Assembly: GCA_965218975.1 (NCBI GenBank)
Contig: OZ244717.1
Location: 1,120,001-1,184,000, forward strand
Length of the DNA: 64,000 nucleotides
Origin: Candidatus Oxydemutatoraceae bacterium
GTDB lineage: Bacteria > Pseudomonadota > Gammaproteobacteria > Poriferisulfidales > Oxydemutatoraceae
Direction of reading: 5' to 3'
Below the pieces are notes generated by a model that made no database searches, was not told where the DNA came from, and worked only from the letters and a program-made list of their open reading frames with translations. The position numbers and the translations under genes were made by a program. Shown here one piece after another: positions 1-10,119 of the stretch (position 1 is the stretch's first letter; every line of letters starts with the position of its first letter).

Positions 1-1
1 G

Positions 2-553
2 ACCCATATTGTGTTAGGTTCCGGTCTATTGCCGCCATATCCGGATAAAACTGAGCAAATAATTTTCGGACTTGGCTGTTTTTGGGGGGCGGAACGTTGT
101 TTTTGGCGGATTCCAGGAGTATATGTGACAATGGTAGGTTATGCCGGCGGTGATACGGTCAACCCGAGTTATCAGGACGTATGTTCCGGCACAACCAATC
201 ACTGCGAAGCGGTGCGAGTTATCTATGACCCGCGACAAGTCTCGTTCAATGCTTTGCTGAAAGTTTTTTGGGAAGCGCACGATCCGACACAAGGGCCGCG
301 TCAAGGGAATGACGTCGGCACTCAGTACCGTTCCGCTATTTATTCTTTAACCGAGTATCAACATCATTGCGCTTTGAAAAGTAAGGTTCGTTATCAAGCA
401 TTGTTATCTGAGGCCGGGCGGGGAAAAATAACCACCGAGATTCTTTTGAACCGAACATTCTATTATGCGGAAGACTATCACCAACAGTGCTTAGCAAAAA
501 ATCCTGATGGTTACTGCGGGCTTAGAGGAACCGGAGTTTGTTTTGTTCGTTGA
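2..553 (+). CDS. msrA: Peptide-methionine (S)-S-oxide reductase MsrA (5' end probably outside the window)
   Basis: GCFWG catalytic motif, [17 protein letters not shown] and AEDYHQQ; the frame is open to the left edge. Confidence 0.95.
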   Translation, partial: THIVLGSGLLPPYPDKTEQIIFGLGCFWGAERCFWRIPGVYVTMVGYAGGDTVNPSYQDVCSGTTNHCEAVRVIYDPRQVSFNALLKVFWEAHDPTQGPRQGNDVGTQYRSAIYSLTEYQHHCALKSKVRYQALLSEAGRGKITTEILLNRTFYYAEDYHQQCLAKNPDGYCGLRGTGVCFVR

Positions 554-639
554 ACGAAGAAGTATAAGGCTGTTTCGATAGCGCTTTTAGATGTTCATCC
601 GGAGAGGAGCATCATACTGTTTATCTCATAATGCTTATG

Positions 640-755
640 GGCAACAGATTTATGGCTATATCGGATAGCATGGATGCAATCCGCATCTATGAAATTCCTA
701 AGTGAATAATGAACACGTGCTTTCATCGGCGGATTGGCTTGCTTGGGATAAAAAT
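640..755 (+). repeat. Left copy of 116-bp direct repeat (target-site duplication of the IS1634-family element)
   Basis: Identical base for base to 2668-2783 and abuts the left TIR. Confidence 0.95.
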
Positions 756-2667
756 CTTGACTTCGTAGGTTTTGACCTTTGGGCAAAAAATAAATCTTTT
801 ATTATCATAGGGTTACCCGGACGCTGCCGAAAAACCCTATTGTAGTGCCCCCAGGCTTGTTTTCACTTGGATTTTAGGTTATCATTCGGGTCTATGTACT
901 TGCGTGAAAAATATGATCCCGAACGCGGCCGCACTCGCTTGCAGATTGTGCGCTCCGTGCGCACTGCCGATGGTCCCCGTCAGCGTGTGGTGCGGCATAT
1001 CGGCACTGCCGACAGTCCCGAGCAGCTTGCATCTTTGCGCAAGCTCGGCGAGGTCACCTTGGAAGAGCTGCACCAAGCCGGTACAGCACAACAGTCGCTG
1101 TTCACACCGAAGCAGTACGCGGGTCTCGCAGCTGAGGCACGGCGCGCACCACGGCTGGCGCGCTTCGGGGTAGATCTTGCCGAATGCCGTGAGGAGATGC
1201 GGCTGATGCTTGGGGTGCGCGAGGCGTTCACGCAGATTTATTCGCACTTGGGTTGGAACCAGGTGTTGGGGGCGCGGCGCACAGTAGCGAACCGCATCCT
1301 GCGCGAGCTGGTACTGGCGCGTATCGCGCAGCCGCAGAGCAAGCGCGCTACGGTGTGCGAGCTCGAACGAAGCGGCGTTTCGCTCAATCTCGACCGGGTT
1401 TACCAGACTATGGATCACCTTGAGGAGGCGGTGATCGCACGCATCCGGGAACAGTCTCATCAGGCGGCACAGAAGTTGTATGATCAGCCCCTCAAGGTGT
1501 TCTTCTTTGATTGCACGACCCTGTACTTCGAGAGCGAGCAAGAGGACCCGTTGCGCGCGAAAGGTTATAGTAAGGACGGCAAGCCGCACCGCTGCCAGGT
1601 GTTACTGGCACTGATGACGACCTGCGACGGTCTGCCGGTGGACTACGCACTGTTGCCGGGCAACACCTTTGAGGGCAAAACCTTGATGCAGGCAGTGACA
1701 AGTCTGCAACAGAGACATCCGGGTGCTGTATTTACAGTAGTGGCCGATGCGGCGATGCTGAGCCGTGAGAACCAGACATTCCTGCAGGAGCAGGGCTTGG
1801 CCTATGTGCTCGGCTATCGTCTCAAGTCGGCCCCGGCCAAGATCAAGCTGCAGGCCCTCAGTGCAGCAGACGATCAAGGCTGGCTCAAAACGCAGGACCT
1901 GCGTTACCGGATGATTCGCCACGAAGGCCGGCGGATCATAGTCACCTATTCACGCCGGCGCGCGCGCAAGGATCAAGAAGTTCGGGAGCGCATATTGTCA
2001 CAGTTGCGCCGGAAGTATCAACGCAGCGAGCGCCCGGCAGGTTTCGTGGCGCGCGGCTATGCCTGTTACTTAAGCTTCCCCGCAAAGGGCCGGGTTAAGA
2101 TTGATGCGGCCAAGGTGGCCGATGCGGCGCGTTGGGACGGCCTGCGCGCAATCATCGCGCACGGCAACGAGGAGATGGCGCCAAAGGAATTGCTGTCGCA
2201 GTACCGTCGGTTGTGGGAAGTAGAACATTGCTTTCGCACCAACAAGCATGACCTTTGCATCCGCCCGATCTTTCACTGGAAGCCGTGGCGTATCCAGGCA
2301 CACATTGCGATCTGCTACATGGCCTTCTGCTGCTTGCAGCAGCTGCGCCGGCGGCTTAAGGCACTGGGCTTCCCGATGAGCGCGGAACGGATCCGGCGCG
2401 AGCTCGACACCTTGCAGTTGAGCATCTTGGTATGTACCGACACACAGAAGCGGTATGCGATGCCGAGCCGCGCGAGTGCGGACGCCAATAGGATCTACCG
2501 TAGTGTCGGCCTGAAATGGAACGAAGCTCCGTTCCCGCTTCCCGACAAGTCACGCCCTGGGGGAAGCTGAGCGCGGAGGGCTACAAACAACACCGTAATG
2601 TAGTGCCCTTGAGAATCCTGAAGGCAATAATATCAATCACTTACGAGACAAAACCTACGAAGTCAAG
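756..2667 (+). mobile_element. IS1634-family insertion sequence (1912 bp)
   Basis: Perfect 19-bp TIRs CTTGACTTCGTAGGTTTTG (756-774) and CAAAACCTACGAAGTCAAG (2649-2667); single transposase ORF; clearly more GC-rich than its flanks. Confidence 0.93.
894..2570 (+). CDS. IS1634-family DDE transposase (intact)
   Basis: Motifs FFDCTTLYFE, GYSKDGK, VADAAM, WEVEHCFRTNK and RPIFHW...RIQAHIAICYMA; ATG at 894 preferred over the ORF-track start at 867. Confidence 0.92.
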   Translation: MYLREKYDPERGRTRLQIVRSVRTADGPRQRVVRHIGTADSPEQLASLRKLGEVTLEELHQAGTAQQSLFTPKQYAGLAAEARRAPRLARFGVDLAECREEMRLMLGVREAFTQIYSHLGWNQVLGARRTVANRILRELVLARIAQPQSKRATVCELERSGVSLNLDRVYQTMDHLEEAVIARIREQSHQAAQKLYDQPLKVFFFDCTTLYFESEQEDPLRAKGYSKDGKPHRCQVLLALMTTCDGLPVDYALLPGNTFEGKTLMQAVTSLQQRHPGAVFTVVADAAMLSRENQTFLQEQGLAYVLGYRLKSAPAKIKLQALSAADDQGWLKTQDLRYRMIRHEGRRIIVTYSRRRARKDQEVRERILSQLRRKYQRSERPAGFVARGYACYLSFPAKGRVKIDAAKVADAARWDGLRAIIAHGNEEMAPKELLSQYRRLWEVEHCFRTNKHDLCIRPIFHWKPWRIQAHIAICYMAFCCLQQLRRRLKALGFPMSAERIRRELDTLQLSILVCTDTQKRYAMPSRASADANRIYRSVGLKWNEAPFPLPDKSRPGGS

Positions 2668-2783
2668 GGCAACAGATTTATGGCTATATCGGATAGCATG
2701 GATGCAATCCGCATCTATGAAATTCCTAAGTGAATAATGAACACGTGCTTTCATCGGCGGATTGGCTTGCTTGGGATAAAAAT
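2668..2783 (+). repeat. Right copy of 116-bp direct repeat (target-site duplication)
   Basis: Identical to 640-755 and abuts the right TIR. Confidence 0.95.
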
Positions 2784-2835
2784 AATGCTTGATACTTTGT
2801 GTTAAATCCGGCAAGTTAAAATTATGCCGATATGG

Positions 2836-4938
2836 TTATACTTTGTTTTCTGCAAAAGCTTTTAAAATAAATGTATACGCTAAAGCAACTTCCTTCAGAT
2901 AATCGAAACGCCCTGCCGCTCCCGCGTGTCCCGCTGTCAGGTTAGTTTTAAGCAGCAGCAAGTTATCGTCGGTTTTCAATGCGCGCAGTTTCGCAACCCA
3001 TTTGGCAGGTTCCCAATAAGTAACGCGCGGGTCGCTCACTCCCGCAGTAACTAAAATTGCGGGATATGCTTGTTGTTGAACATTATCATAAGGTGAGTAA
3101 GCAGCGATGGATTCAAATGTTTCTCGATGAGTTATAGGATTACCCCATTCGTTCCATTCGGGTGGTGTTAATGGCAGTGTGTCATCGCAGATGGTATTTA
3201 GCACGTCAACAAAAGGAACATCGGCAATTGCAGCGCGAAATAATCTGTTCCCTCGATTGAGCACTGCGCCAATTAACATTCCTCCTGCCGAACCGCCATG
3301 GATTGCGATTTGTTCCGATGCACAAAATCGTTTATCTGTCAAATTTTTGGCAACAGCGATAAAGTCATCGAAAGTATTCGTTTTGTGGCGAAGCTTTCCG
3401 GCGGTATACCAAGCATAACCCTTATCAGTACCGCCGCGCACATGAGCAATTGCATAGACAAACCCCCGGTTCACTAACGATAAGCGATTCGGCGAGAAAG
3501 CAGCGGGAACAGAATATCCGTAAGCTCCATAACCGTATAGAAGTAACGGTGAGTTACTATTTGCCGGTGTATCTTTTTTATACAAAATACTAATAGGAAT
3601 ACTTGCTTCGTCATCGGCGACCGCTGTGAGGCGATGTGTGACATAATCTTCCGGACAATGCCCGCTGGGAATTTCTTGTTGTTTAACCAGCATGCGCGTT
3701 TGTTTTTCCATGTGATAGTCATAGGTGCGCTGCGGTGTCGTCATAGATGAATATATAAAGCGCAGCACCGGACTGCGGTAATCTAGCGTTGGAACGATGT
3801 CAAGGTGATAGGTTTCTTCATCAAAGGCAATACGATGCACACCGGTCTCGCTTGCTTCGTTGAGCGATGTTACAAGCAATTTGGGTAAAGCATTTTCTAT
3901 TTCCAAGCAAACAAGAAAATGTTCGCTGATGAAAAAACGTTTGAGCAGAGCATTATTGACCGGCAGATAAAAATCATGCCAATGTTCTCGTCCGGGTGTC
4001 TTGATCGGTGTGGTGCATAGCTTATAGTTTTGCCGTCCGTCGGCATTGGTCATAATAAATAAAACATCGTTTCTTTCTTCCACATTGTATTCAACACCGA
4101 TTTCCCTAGGGTGGACAAGGATTGGCCGGCTCTGCGGTTGAATGGCTGAGAGTAGGCGTACTTCGGAAGTGATGTGGTCGTGGGCATTGATTACGATAAA
4201 ACGCCGCGATCGTGTTTTGCCTAAGTTAATAAAAAATCCCGGGTCGGGTTCACGGTATAGTAAAGTATCGTTTTCCGGGTTATCGCCGAGGCGATGTAAG
4301 CGTACGCAATCCGGTCGGTGGTTTTCATCTAAAGTGACATAGACGATACTGCGGCTGCTTTCAGTCCAAACAAGGTTGCTTTGAATATTGTCAAGGCGGT
4401 CGTCGAGTTGTTTTCCGGTGTGTAAATCGCGAATATATAGTTGATAGGTTTCGCTGCCGCTGGTATCGATATTGTAGGCAAAGTAGCGGTGGTCGGGGCT
4501 GTGCGCACATTCACCATTTTCGAAATAAGCAAATTTCTGCGCTTCGACATTGCAATCGAGTAAAATTTCTTCGTTTGCCGGATTAGTGCCTGAGTAACGG
4601 CAGAAAATCGGATGCTGACGATCTTTGCGCCAACGCGTGTAATAAGCAAATTCCCCATCCCAATCCGGGACCGATTGATCATCTTCTTTAATACGCGCTC
4701 TAAGTTCGCTAAACAGTTCGGCGTGTAGGGTCTGTTCGGATTGCATGACTGCTTCGGTATAATGGTTTTCGTCCTCCAAGTATTGTTTGATTTCCGGTGC
4801 GAGTACACGGGGATTTTTGATCACGTCCTGCCAATTATGCGCGCGCAGCCACGCGTAGTCATCTTTCCATGTGATGCCGTGCAACGTCTGCCATGTGGTT
4901 TTTTTATTTGCTATAGGGGGGCGGATAATCTTTTTCAC
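2836..4938 (-). CDS. ptrB: Oligopeptidase B (S9A family peptidase)
   Basis: N-terminal DDYAWLR, catalytic Ser in GGSAGG, Asp in DPRVTYWEPAKW, His in AGH; 700 aa. Confidence 0.92.
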   Translation of the reverse strand: MKKIIRPPIANKKTTWQTLHGITWKDDYAWLRAHNWQDVIKNPRVLAPEIKQYLEDENHYTEAVMQSEQTLHAELFSELRARIKEDDQSVPDWDGEFAYYTRWRKDRQHPIFCRYSGTNPANEEILLDCNVEAQKFAYFENGECAHSPDHRYFAYNIDTSGSETYQLYIRDLHTGKQLDDRLDNIQSNLVWTESSRSIVYVTLDENHRPDCVRLHRLGDNPENDTLLYREPDPGFFINLGKTRSRRFIVINAHDHITSEVRLLSAIQPQSRPILVHPREIGVEYNVEERNDVLFIMTNADGRQNYKLCTTPIKTPGREHWHDFYLPVNNALLKRFFISEHFLVCLEIENALPKLLVTSLNEASETGVHRIAFDEETYHLDIVPTLDYRSPVLRFIYSSMTTPQRTYDYHMEKQTRMLVKQQEIPSGHCPEDYVTHRLTAVADDEASIPISILYKKDTPANSNSPLLLYGYGAYGYSVPAAFSPNRLSLVNRGFVYAIAHVRGGTDKGYAWYTAGKLRHKTNTFDDFIAVAKNLTDKRFCASEQIAIHGGSAGGMLIGAVLNRGNRLFRAAIADVPFVDVLNTICDDTLPLTPPEWNEWGNPITHRETFESIAAYSPYDNVQQQAYPAILVTAGVSDPRVTYWEPAKWVAKLRALKTDDNLLLLKTNLTAGHAGAAGRFDYLKEVALAYTFILKAFAENKV

Positions 4939-5058
4939 TTAAGCAGTTTGGATGTTTTTACCGGGTTGAGGTAACATATTGAGAATGATATATGCATATC
5001 TGCTTGTTGAAATTATACGGTCATAATATATCTTTGGAAGAAGCATTTTCAGATTGCT

Positions 5059-5134
5059 GGGGCGGTAGCTCAGTTGGGAGAGCGTCGCGTTCGCATCGCG
5101 AAGGTCGGGAGTTCGAATCTCCTTCGCTCCACCA
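5059..5134 (+). tRNA. tRNA-Ala (anticodon CGC)
   Basis: 76-nt cloverleaf GGGGCGG...TCGCTCC-ACCA, G3:U70 Ala determinant, anticodon loop TTCGCAT, TTCGAAT T-loop. Confidence 0.97.
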
Positions 5135-5489
5135 AGGACGATTCATTGTTTCGTTCGATGTTTCATACAGCGAGTTGTACGGTTTTAAAGCTAAGCGGAC
5201 AGTATAGCCGTCTGAAAGACGGCAGGTTGGGGTGGTTAGGTTAATGATTACTTTTTCTCTCGCAAAAAGTCGCTTGATAGATTTGTTCTTGTTTAGATCG
5301 GTATGTCCGTTATGCGCGGGTGTGCATTTTGGAGCCGCAATAGCAATAATAGTCATACGCTGAATGTATTTAACAGCCGCTTATATTTGTCATCAAATGT
5401 TGATTTCAATTAGCCCGCAAGAATTTGATGGTTCGGCGTTGTGCAAAACTATACTCCTTTACTAGTAACGATAGTAAAGGAGAAAGGAG

Positions 5490-5519
5490 CGAACTCCCGA
5501 CCTTCGCGATGCGAACGCG
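5490..5519 (-). repeat. Inverted partial copy of tRNA-Ala (anticodon arm to T-loop)
   Basis: CGAACTCCCGACCTTCGCGATGCGAACGCG is the exact reverse complement of 5086-5115. Confidence 0.9.
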
Positions 5520-5573
5520 TATTCTTTTTCAGCCGAATTACCATTCGGAGATTACCGCACTATACTATGGAGT

Positions 5574-6113
5574 ATGCGGAACATGCGGAAACAACGTGCG
5601 CACAAACGGCTGTTTATTGCGATCAAACCTGATGCGTCTGCAATTACATCCTTGCTGGAAGCGCAGCGCAAAATTATTTCAGCGCAAGTGCGCTTGATTC
5701 CGGCAGAAAATTTGCACATGACTTTGGCCTTTATAGGCAACGCGTCTATGAAATACCAACAGTGTCTGAAAACAGCCGCTGCCGAAGTGCGTATGCAGCC
5801 GTTTCCTTTGCAGTTGGATCGATACGGCATCTTTGCCAAACGACAAACTTTATGGGTCGGGACTTCCGTCTCCAACGCAGCGTTGATCGAGTTACACCGG
5901 CGGCTACATCGTGCTTTAGTGTCTTGCGGTTTCAGTTCTAAGCAGAAATTCCGTCCGCATGTGACGCTGCTGAGAAAATCTGCGATAGTAACCATACCCG
6001 AAGATGTGCCGGCGGTTGAATTCTTCGTTGATTATTTCTTGCTGATGCAATCTGTTTTCGCTAAAGATGGCGTTCGTTATCGTTCCCTTTGCGAGTTTGC
6101 ATTAAAGGAGTAG
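5574..6113 (+). CDS. thpR: RNA 2',3'-cyclic phosphodiesterase ThpR (2H phosphoesterase, LigT family); alternative start 5583
   Basis: RLFIAI N-terminus and two HxT motifs (NLHMTLAFIG, FRPHVTL). Confidence 0.9.
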   Translation: MRNMRKQRAHKRLFIAIKPDASAITSLLEAQRKIISAQVRLIPAENLHMTLAFIGNASMKYQQCLKTAAAEVRMQPFPLQLDRYGIFAKRQTLWVGTSVSNAALIELHRRLHRALVSCGFSSKQKFRPHVTLLRKSAIVTIPEDVPAVEFFVDYFLLMQSVFAKDGVRYRSLCEFALKE

Positions 6114-6563
6114 TATACTGATACTACTTCGTGTATCCCGGATGCTATTGACATGGATTTACGCTTTGAGTTGCGGTAGTAATCAACAGCCATGCCAATC
6201 GCGTTGCCGCTAAAATTCCCCAAGTTGATATTCCCGGTGTTCTCCCGTCAGTTTATTTAATACTTATCCAATAACGACAACAAATTTCAAGGTCAATTTG
6301 ATCAAGCCGCTAGATGTATGGCTGCTATTGAGCATCGGTTGACCTATTCCAACTTGAGCGTTTCAGCTGCGCTATATAAGGAGACTTTGTGGATGATGAG
6401 AGGCCATTGTTTACGGATTTGAATGACCTTGACGAATGTTTATGTCATACTTGGGATAATATGACATGCGCCGAGTGCATACCAACTTAGGTCAACAATT
6501 TCCATGCCGGAGGTTGATTTAAAGTGTTCTAAAAATTCGAAACATATTAACATTGCACGTTTT

Positions 6564-6600
6564 TTGACATTTTCCCACTTTCAGCGGATAATACGCCGCC
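6564..6600 (+). promoter_or_regulatory. Sigma70 promoter of the tRNA-tuf operon with a GC-rich discriminator
   Basis: TTGACA (6564-6569), 17-bp spacer, GATAAT (6587-6592), then ACGCCGCC, just upstream of tRNA-Tyr. Confidence 0.8.
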
Positions 6601-6608
6601 TTTAGCCG

Positions 6609-6693
6609 GGAGGGGTACCTAAGCGGTCAACGGGGGCAGACTGTAAATCTGCTGGCTTTGCCTTCGTAGGTTCGAATCCTACCCCCTCCACCA
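6609..6693 (+). tRNA. tRNA-Tyr (GTA)
   Basis: 85-nt cloverleaf with long variable arm, anticodon loop CTGTAAA, encoded CCA. Confidence 0.97.
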
Positions 6694-6790
6694 GTTTAAT
6701 GTTGCCGATGCATATACTGGGAGGAGGGGTAGGTAGGAATACCGCCCGGGAGTCAGCGATCTAGAATTGGTGAAATACAGAAACTAGATC

Positions 6791-6864
<74 letters not shown>

Positions 6865-6908
6865 TCGGCAGGAAAGATAGTGGGTAAGCTAGCTATTGAT
6901 TGTTTCTT

Positions 6909-6980
<72 letters not shown>

Positions 6981-7034
6981 CCGCAAATTTTTTATTGTGG
7001 CCCGCAAGCGTAATTTTTTGGAAGTGGAACCGTA

Positions 7035-8219
7035 ATGTCTAAAGAGAGATTTGAACGAACGAAGCCGCATATTAATGTAGGCACGATAGGTCATGTTGAC
7101 CATGGCAAAACAACATTGACGGCGGCGCTGACGAAAGTGATGTCGGCAAAGCAAGGCGGTGAATTCAAGCCGTATGAAGATATTGATAATGCGCCGGAAG
7201 AACGCGAACGCGGGATTACAATCGCGACGGCGCATGTTGAGTATGAATCGAACCGGCGTCATTATGCGCATGTGGATTGTCCGGGGCATGCGGATTATGT
7301 CAAGAATATGATTACGGGTGCGGCGCAAATGGACGGTGCGATTCTGGTTGTAAGCGCTGCGGACGGTCCGATGCCGCAAACGCGTGAGCACATTTTGTTG
7401 GCGCGTCAGGTTGGCGTTCCGTATATTGTCGTGTATTTGAACAAGTCGGACATGATGGACGATGCGGAGTTAATGGAGTTAGTGGAAATGGAAGTGCGTG
7501 ATTTATTGAGCCGTTATGAATTTCCTGGAGATGAGACGCCGATTATTTCCGGTTCGGCATTGCAGGCTTTGGTAGGCGACGGTATGGGGGAGGAATCAAT
7601 CGAGAAGTTGGTGGTGGCGATGGACAGTTATATTCCGGAACCGGAGCGTGCGATAGACGGAGACTTTTTGATGCCGGTGGAAGACGTTTTTTCGATATCG
7701 GGTCGCGGGACGGTTGTCACGGGGCGTATAGAGCGCGGCATGGTAAAGATTGGAGATACGGTATCGATCGTAGGAATTAAATCGACTCAAGAGACGACGT
7801 GTACCGGAGTCGAGATGTTTCGGAAGTTATTGGATGAGGGTCGAGCGGGTGACAATGTTGGGATATTATTGCGTGGCACGAAGCGCGATGAAGTGGAACG
7901 CGGTCAAGTATTATGTAAGCCGAACAGTATTACGCCGCATACGAAGTTTGAGGCGGAGGTTTATATTTTGTCGAAAGAAGAGGGGGGGCGACACACGCCT
8001 TTTTTCAAGGGTTATCGTCCGCAGTTTTATTTTCGGACAACGGATGTAACGGGTGAAGTAGAGTTACCGTCGGATGTTGAGATGGTGATGCCGGGAGACA
8101 ATATCAAGATGGTAGTGAATCTGATCGCGCCGATTGCGATGGAAGAGGGTTTGCGTTTTGCGGTACGCGAGGGGGGCCGCACAGTCGGTGCGGGTATTGT
8201 CACAAAAGTGATCGAATAA
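7035..8219 (+). CDS. tuf: Elongation factor Tu
   Basis: [24 protein letters not shown], NKxD; 394 aa. Confidence 0.99.
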   Translation: MSKERFERTKPHINVGTIGHVDHGKTTLTAALTKVMSAKQGGEFKPYEDIDNAPEERERGITIATAHVEYESNRRHYAHVDCPGHADYVKNMITGAAQMDGAILVVSAADGPMPQTREHILLARQVGVPYIVVYLNKSDMMDDAELMELVEMEVRDLLSRYEFPGDETPIISGSALQALVGDGMGEESIEKLVVAMDSYIPEPERAIDGDFLMPVEDVFSISGRGTVVTGRIERGMVKIGDTVSIVGIKSTQETTCTGVEMFRKLLDEGRAGDNVGILLRGTKRDEVERGQVLCKPNSITPHTKFEAEVYILSKEEGGRHTPFFKGYRPQFYFRTTDVTGEVELPSDVEMVMPGDNIKMVVNLIAPIAMEEGLRFAVREGGRTVGAGIVTKVIE

Positions 8220-8249
8220 GAATTTTTTGATAAAAAGAGAGTTAAGTTA

Positions 8250-8564
8250 ATGGAAAGCAGACAACGAATCAGGATCAGGTTGAAAGCGTTTGACTATCGT
8301 TTGATCGATAAATCTGCTTTGGAAATTTCAGAAACTGCTCGTCGCACCGGTGCGCGAGTAAAAGGTCCGATCCCTTTACCGACGCGTAAAGAAAGATTCA
8401 CTTTATTGATTTCACCGCATGTCGATAAAGATGCGCGTGATCAGTATGAAATTAGAACGCATAAGCGTTTGATGGACATTCTCGATCCGACGAATAAGAC
8501 GGTGGATTCGTTGATGAAGTTAGATTTACCGGCGGGAGTGGATGTCCAAATTAAACTGAATTAA
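8250..8564 (+). CDS. rpsJ: 30S ribosomal protein S10
   Basis: [35 protein letters not shown]. Confidence 0.99.
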   Translation: MESRQRIRIRLKAFDYRLIDKSALEISETARRTGARVKGPIPLPTRKERFTLLISPHVDKDARDQYEIRTHKRLMDILDPTNKTVDSLMKLDLPAGVDVQIKLN

Positions 8565-8656
8565 CGGAGGCGACTAAACAAAATAGCGTGAGATGCGTTA
8601 TAAACATCGCTTTTTTTAATTGCTATATATGAACTGTGAGCTAAATATAGGAACTT

Positions 8657-9520
8657 ATGATGCCGGTCGGGATGATTGGGAAAAAACTTGGTATGACACG
8701 GGTATTTACCGAAACGGGTGTATCTCTTCCGGTAACGGTTGTACATGCGCCGGTGAACCGGGTTGTTCAGGTTAAAACTCCCGACACCGACGGTTATTTT
8801 GCGCTTCAATTAACTGCCGGCACAGCTAAACCTTCCAAACTTAGCAAAGCGGTCGCTAAACATTACGCAAAAGTTGAAGTAGATTGCGGTAGAGTTTTAC
8901 GCGAATTTTGCATTGCCGAAGAAGAGCAAAGAAAAGTTGGCGACGAGATTCGCGTTACCGTATTTGGCGTTGGAGAGAGTGTCGATGTGGTCGGGATTAG
9001 CAAAGGCAAAGGCACTGCCGGCACGGTTAAGCGACATAACTTTCGGATGCAGGATGCCACTCACGGCAACTCGGTTTCACATCGTGCTCTGGGTTCAACC
9101 GGTCAATGCCAGTTACCCGGGCGAGTATTAAAAGGAAAGAAGATGGCGGGGCGTATGGGTTTTGCAAGAGTAACTGTGAAGAATCTAAAAGTGGTAAACG
9201 TTGATGAAAATCGCGAGTTATTATTAATTCGCGGAGCAATTCCCGGCAGTTGCGGCAGCGAAGTACTGATTCATCATAGAAAGCTGGTTCCTTCGGCGGA
9301 GGAGTTGAAAGATGCACCAGGAGAGCGGCAGGTTAAAGAAACTACGGAAGCGACGATGACAGATACTGAGTCCGGAACAATTGCGGCCGGCCAACAAGCT
9401 GGCGTTTCAGCGGATGATAATATGTCCGTTAAGCAATCTAAAGCCGATGCACCGGATATTCCTTCACCGACAATCGCTAAGACGACTGATGCTAGCGCAA
9501 GTAAAGAAGAGAAAGAGTAA
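8657..9520 (+). CDS. rplC: 50S ribosomal protein L3 with a long C-terminal extension
   Basis: [30 protein letters not shown]; about 75-80 extra residues after the L3 core. Confidence 0.98.
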   Translation: MMPVGMIGKKLGMTRVFTETGVSLPVTVVHAPVNRVVQVKTPDTDGYFALQLTAGTAKPSKLSKAVAKHYAKVEVDCGRVLREFCIAEEEQRKVGDEIRVTVFGVGESVDVVGISKGKGTAGTVKRHNFRMQDATHGNSVSHRALGSTGQCQLPGRVLKGKKMAGRMGFARVTVKNLKVVNVDENRELLLIRGAIPGSCGSEVLIHHRKLVPSAEELKDAPGERQVKETTEATMTDTESGTIAAGQQAGVSADDNMSVKQSKADAPDIPSPTIAKTTDASASKEEKE

Positions 9521-10119
9521 TGGAATTGAAACTAGTCAGTGGGAACACAGTGCAAGTTGCGGATGCTATCTTTGCTTGCGATTTTAACGAAGCTTTGGTG
9601 CATCAGGTGGTTACCGCTTTCTTGGCCGGGGCGCGCAAAGGCACCAAAGCCCAAAAAAACCGTGCTTTGGCATCGGGTGGGGGGGCGAAACCGTGGCGCC
9701 AAAAGGGCACGGGGCGTGCACGTGCCGGCACTATAAGAAGTCCTATTTGGCGAGGAGGCGGTCGCGCATTTGCCGCGACCCCCCGGAGTTATAAGCAAAA
9801 GGTAAACCGTAAAATGTACCGCGGTGCGCTCCGGGCTATTTTGTCCGAACTATATCGCAACCGGCGTCTATATGTTGTAGAGGATCTTAATATTGATACT
9901 CACAAAACCAAAAATTTAGTTGCTTTACTTCATTCGTTTCAATTATCCTCAACTTTAATTGTTGATGAGGTGCTATCCCGCAACTTGATTCTTGCAAGCC
10001 GCAATTTACCTAATGTTGATGTATCGGCGATATACGAGTTGGACCCGGTTAATTTATTACGTTTTGATAATGTATTACTCGCTAAATCCGCGGTGGATAA
10101 GATCGGAGAATGGTTGTGA
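9520..10119 (+). CDS. rplD: 50S ribosomal protein L4
   Basis: KPWRQKGTGRARAG; operon position. Confidence 0.99.
   Translation: MELKLVSGNTVQVADAIFACDFNEALVHQVVTAFLAGARKGTKAQKNRALASGGGAKPWRQKGTGRARAGTIRSPIWRGGGRAFAATPRSYKQKVNRKMYRGALRAILSELYRNRRLYVVEDLNIDTHKTKNLVALLHSFQLSSTLIVDEVLSRNLILASRNLPNVDVSAIYELDPVNLLRFDNVLLAKSAVDKIGEWL

Noticed and set aside
5207-5223. Neisseria DNA uptake sequence GCCGTCTGAA
   Set aside because: I noticed only one occurrence in 64 kb; it is better explained as a small GCCGTCT/AGACGGC hairpin.
5135-5520. Integrative element inserted at tRNA-Ala
   Set aside because: The tRNA fragment is inverted rather than direct, only about 350 bp intervene, and there is no integrase.
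6261-6490. Possible decayed TPR-like gene (QGQFDQAARCM...WMMRGHCLRI)
   Set aside because: Short frame ending in TGA at 6420, needs an assumed frameshift, and the resemblance is only by eye.
8585-8617. Attenuator-like hairpin plus T7 tract between rpsJ and rplC
   Set aside because: The stem is short and bulged, too weak to call without folding or transcript data.
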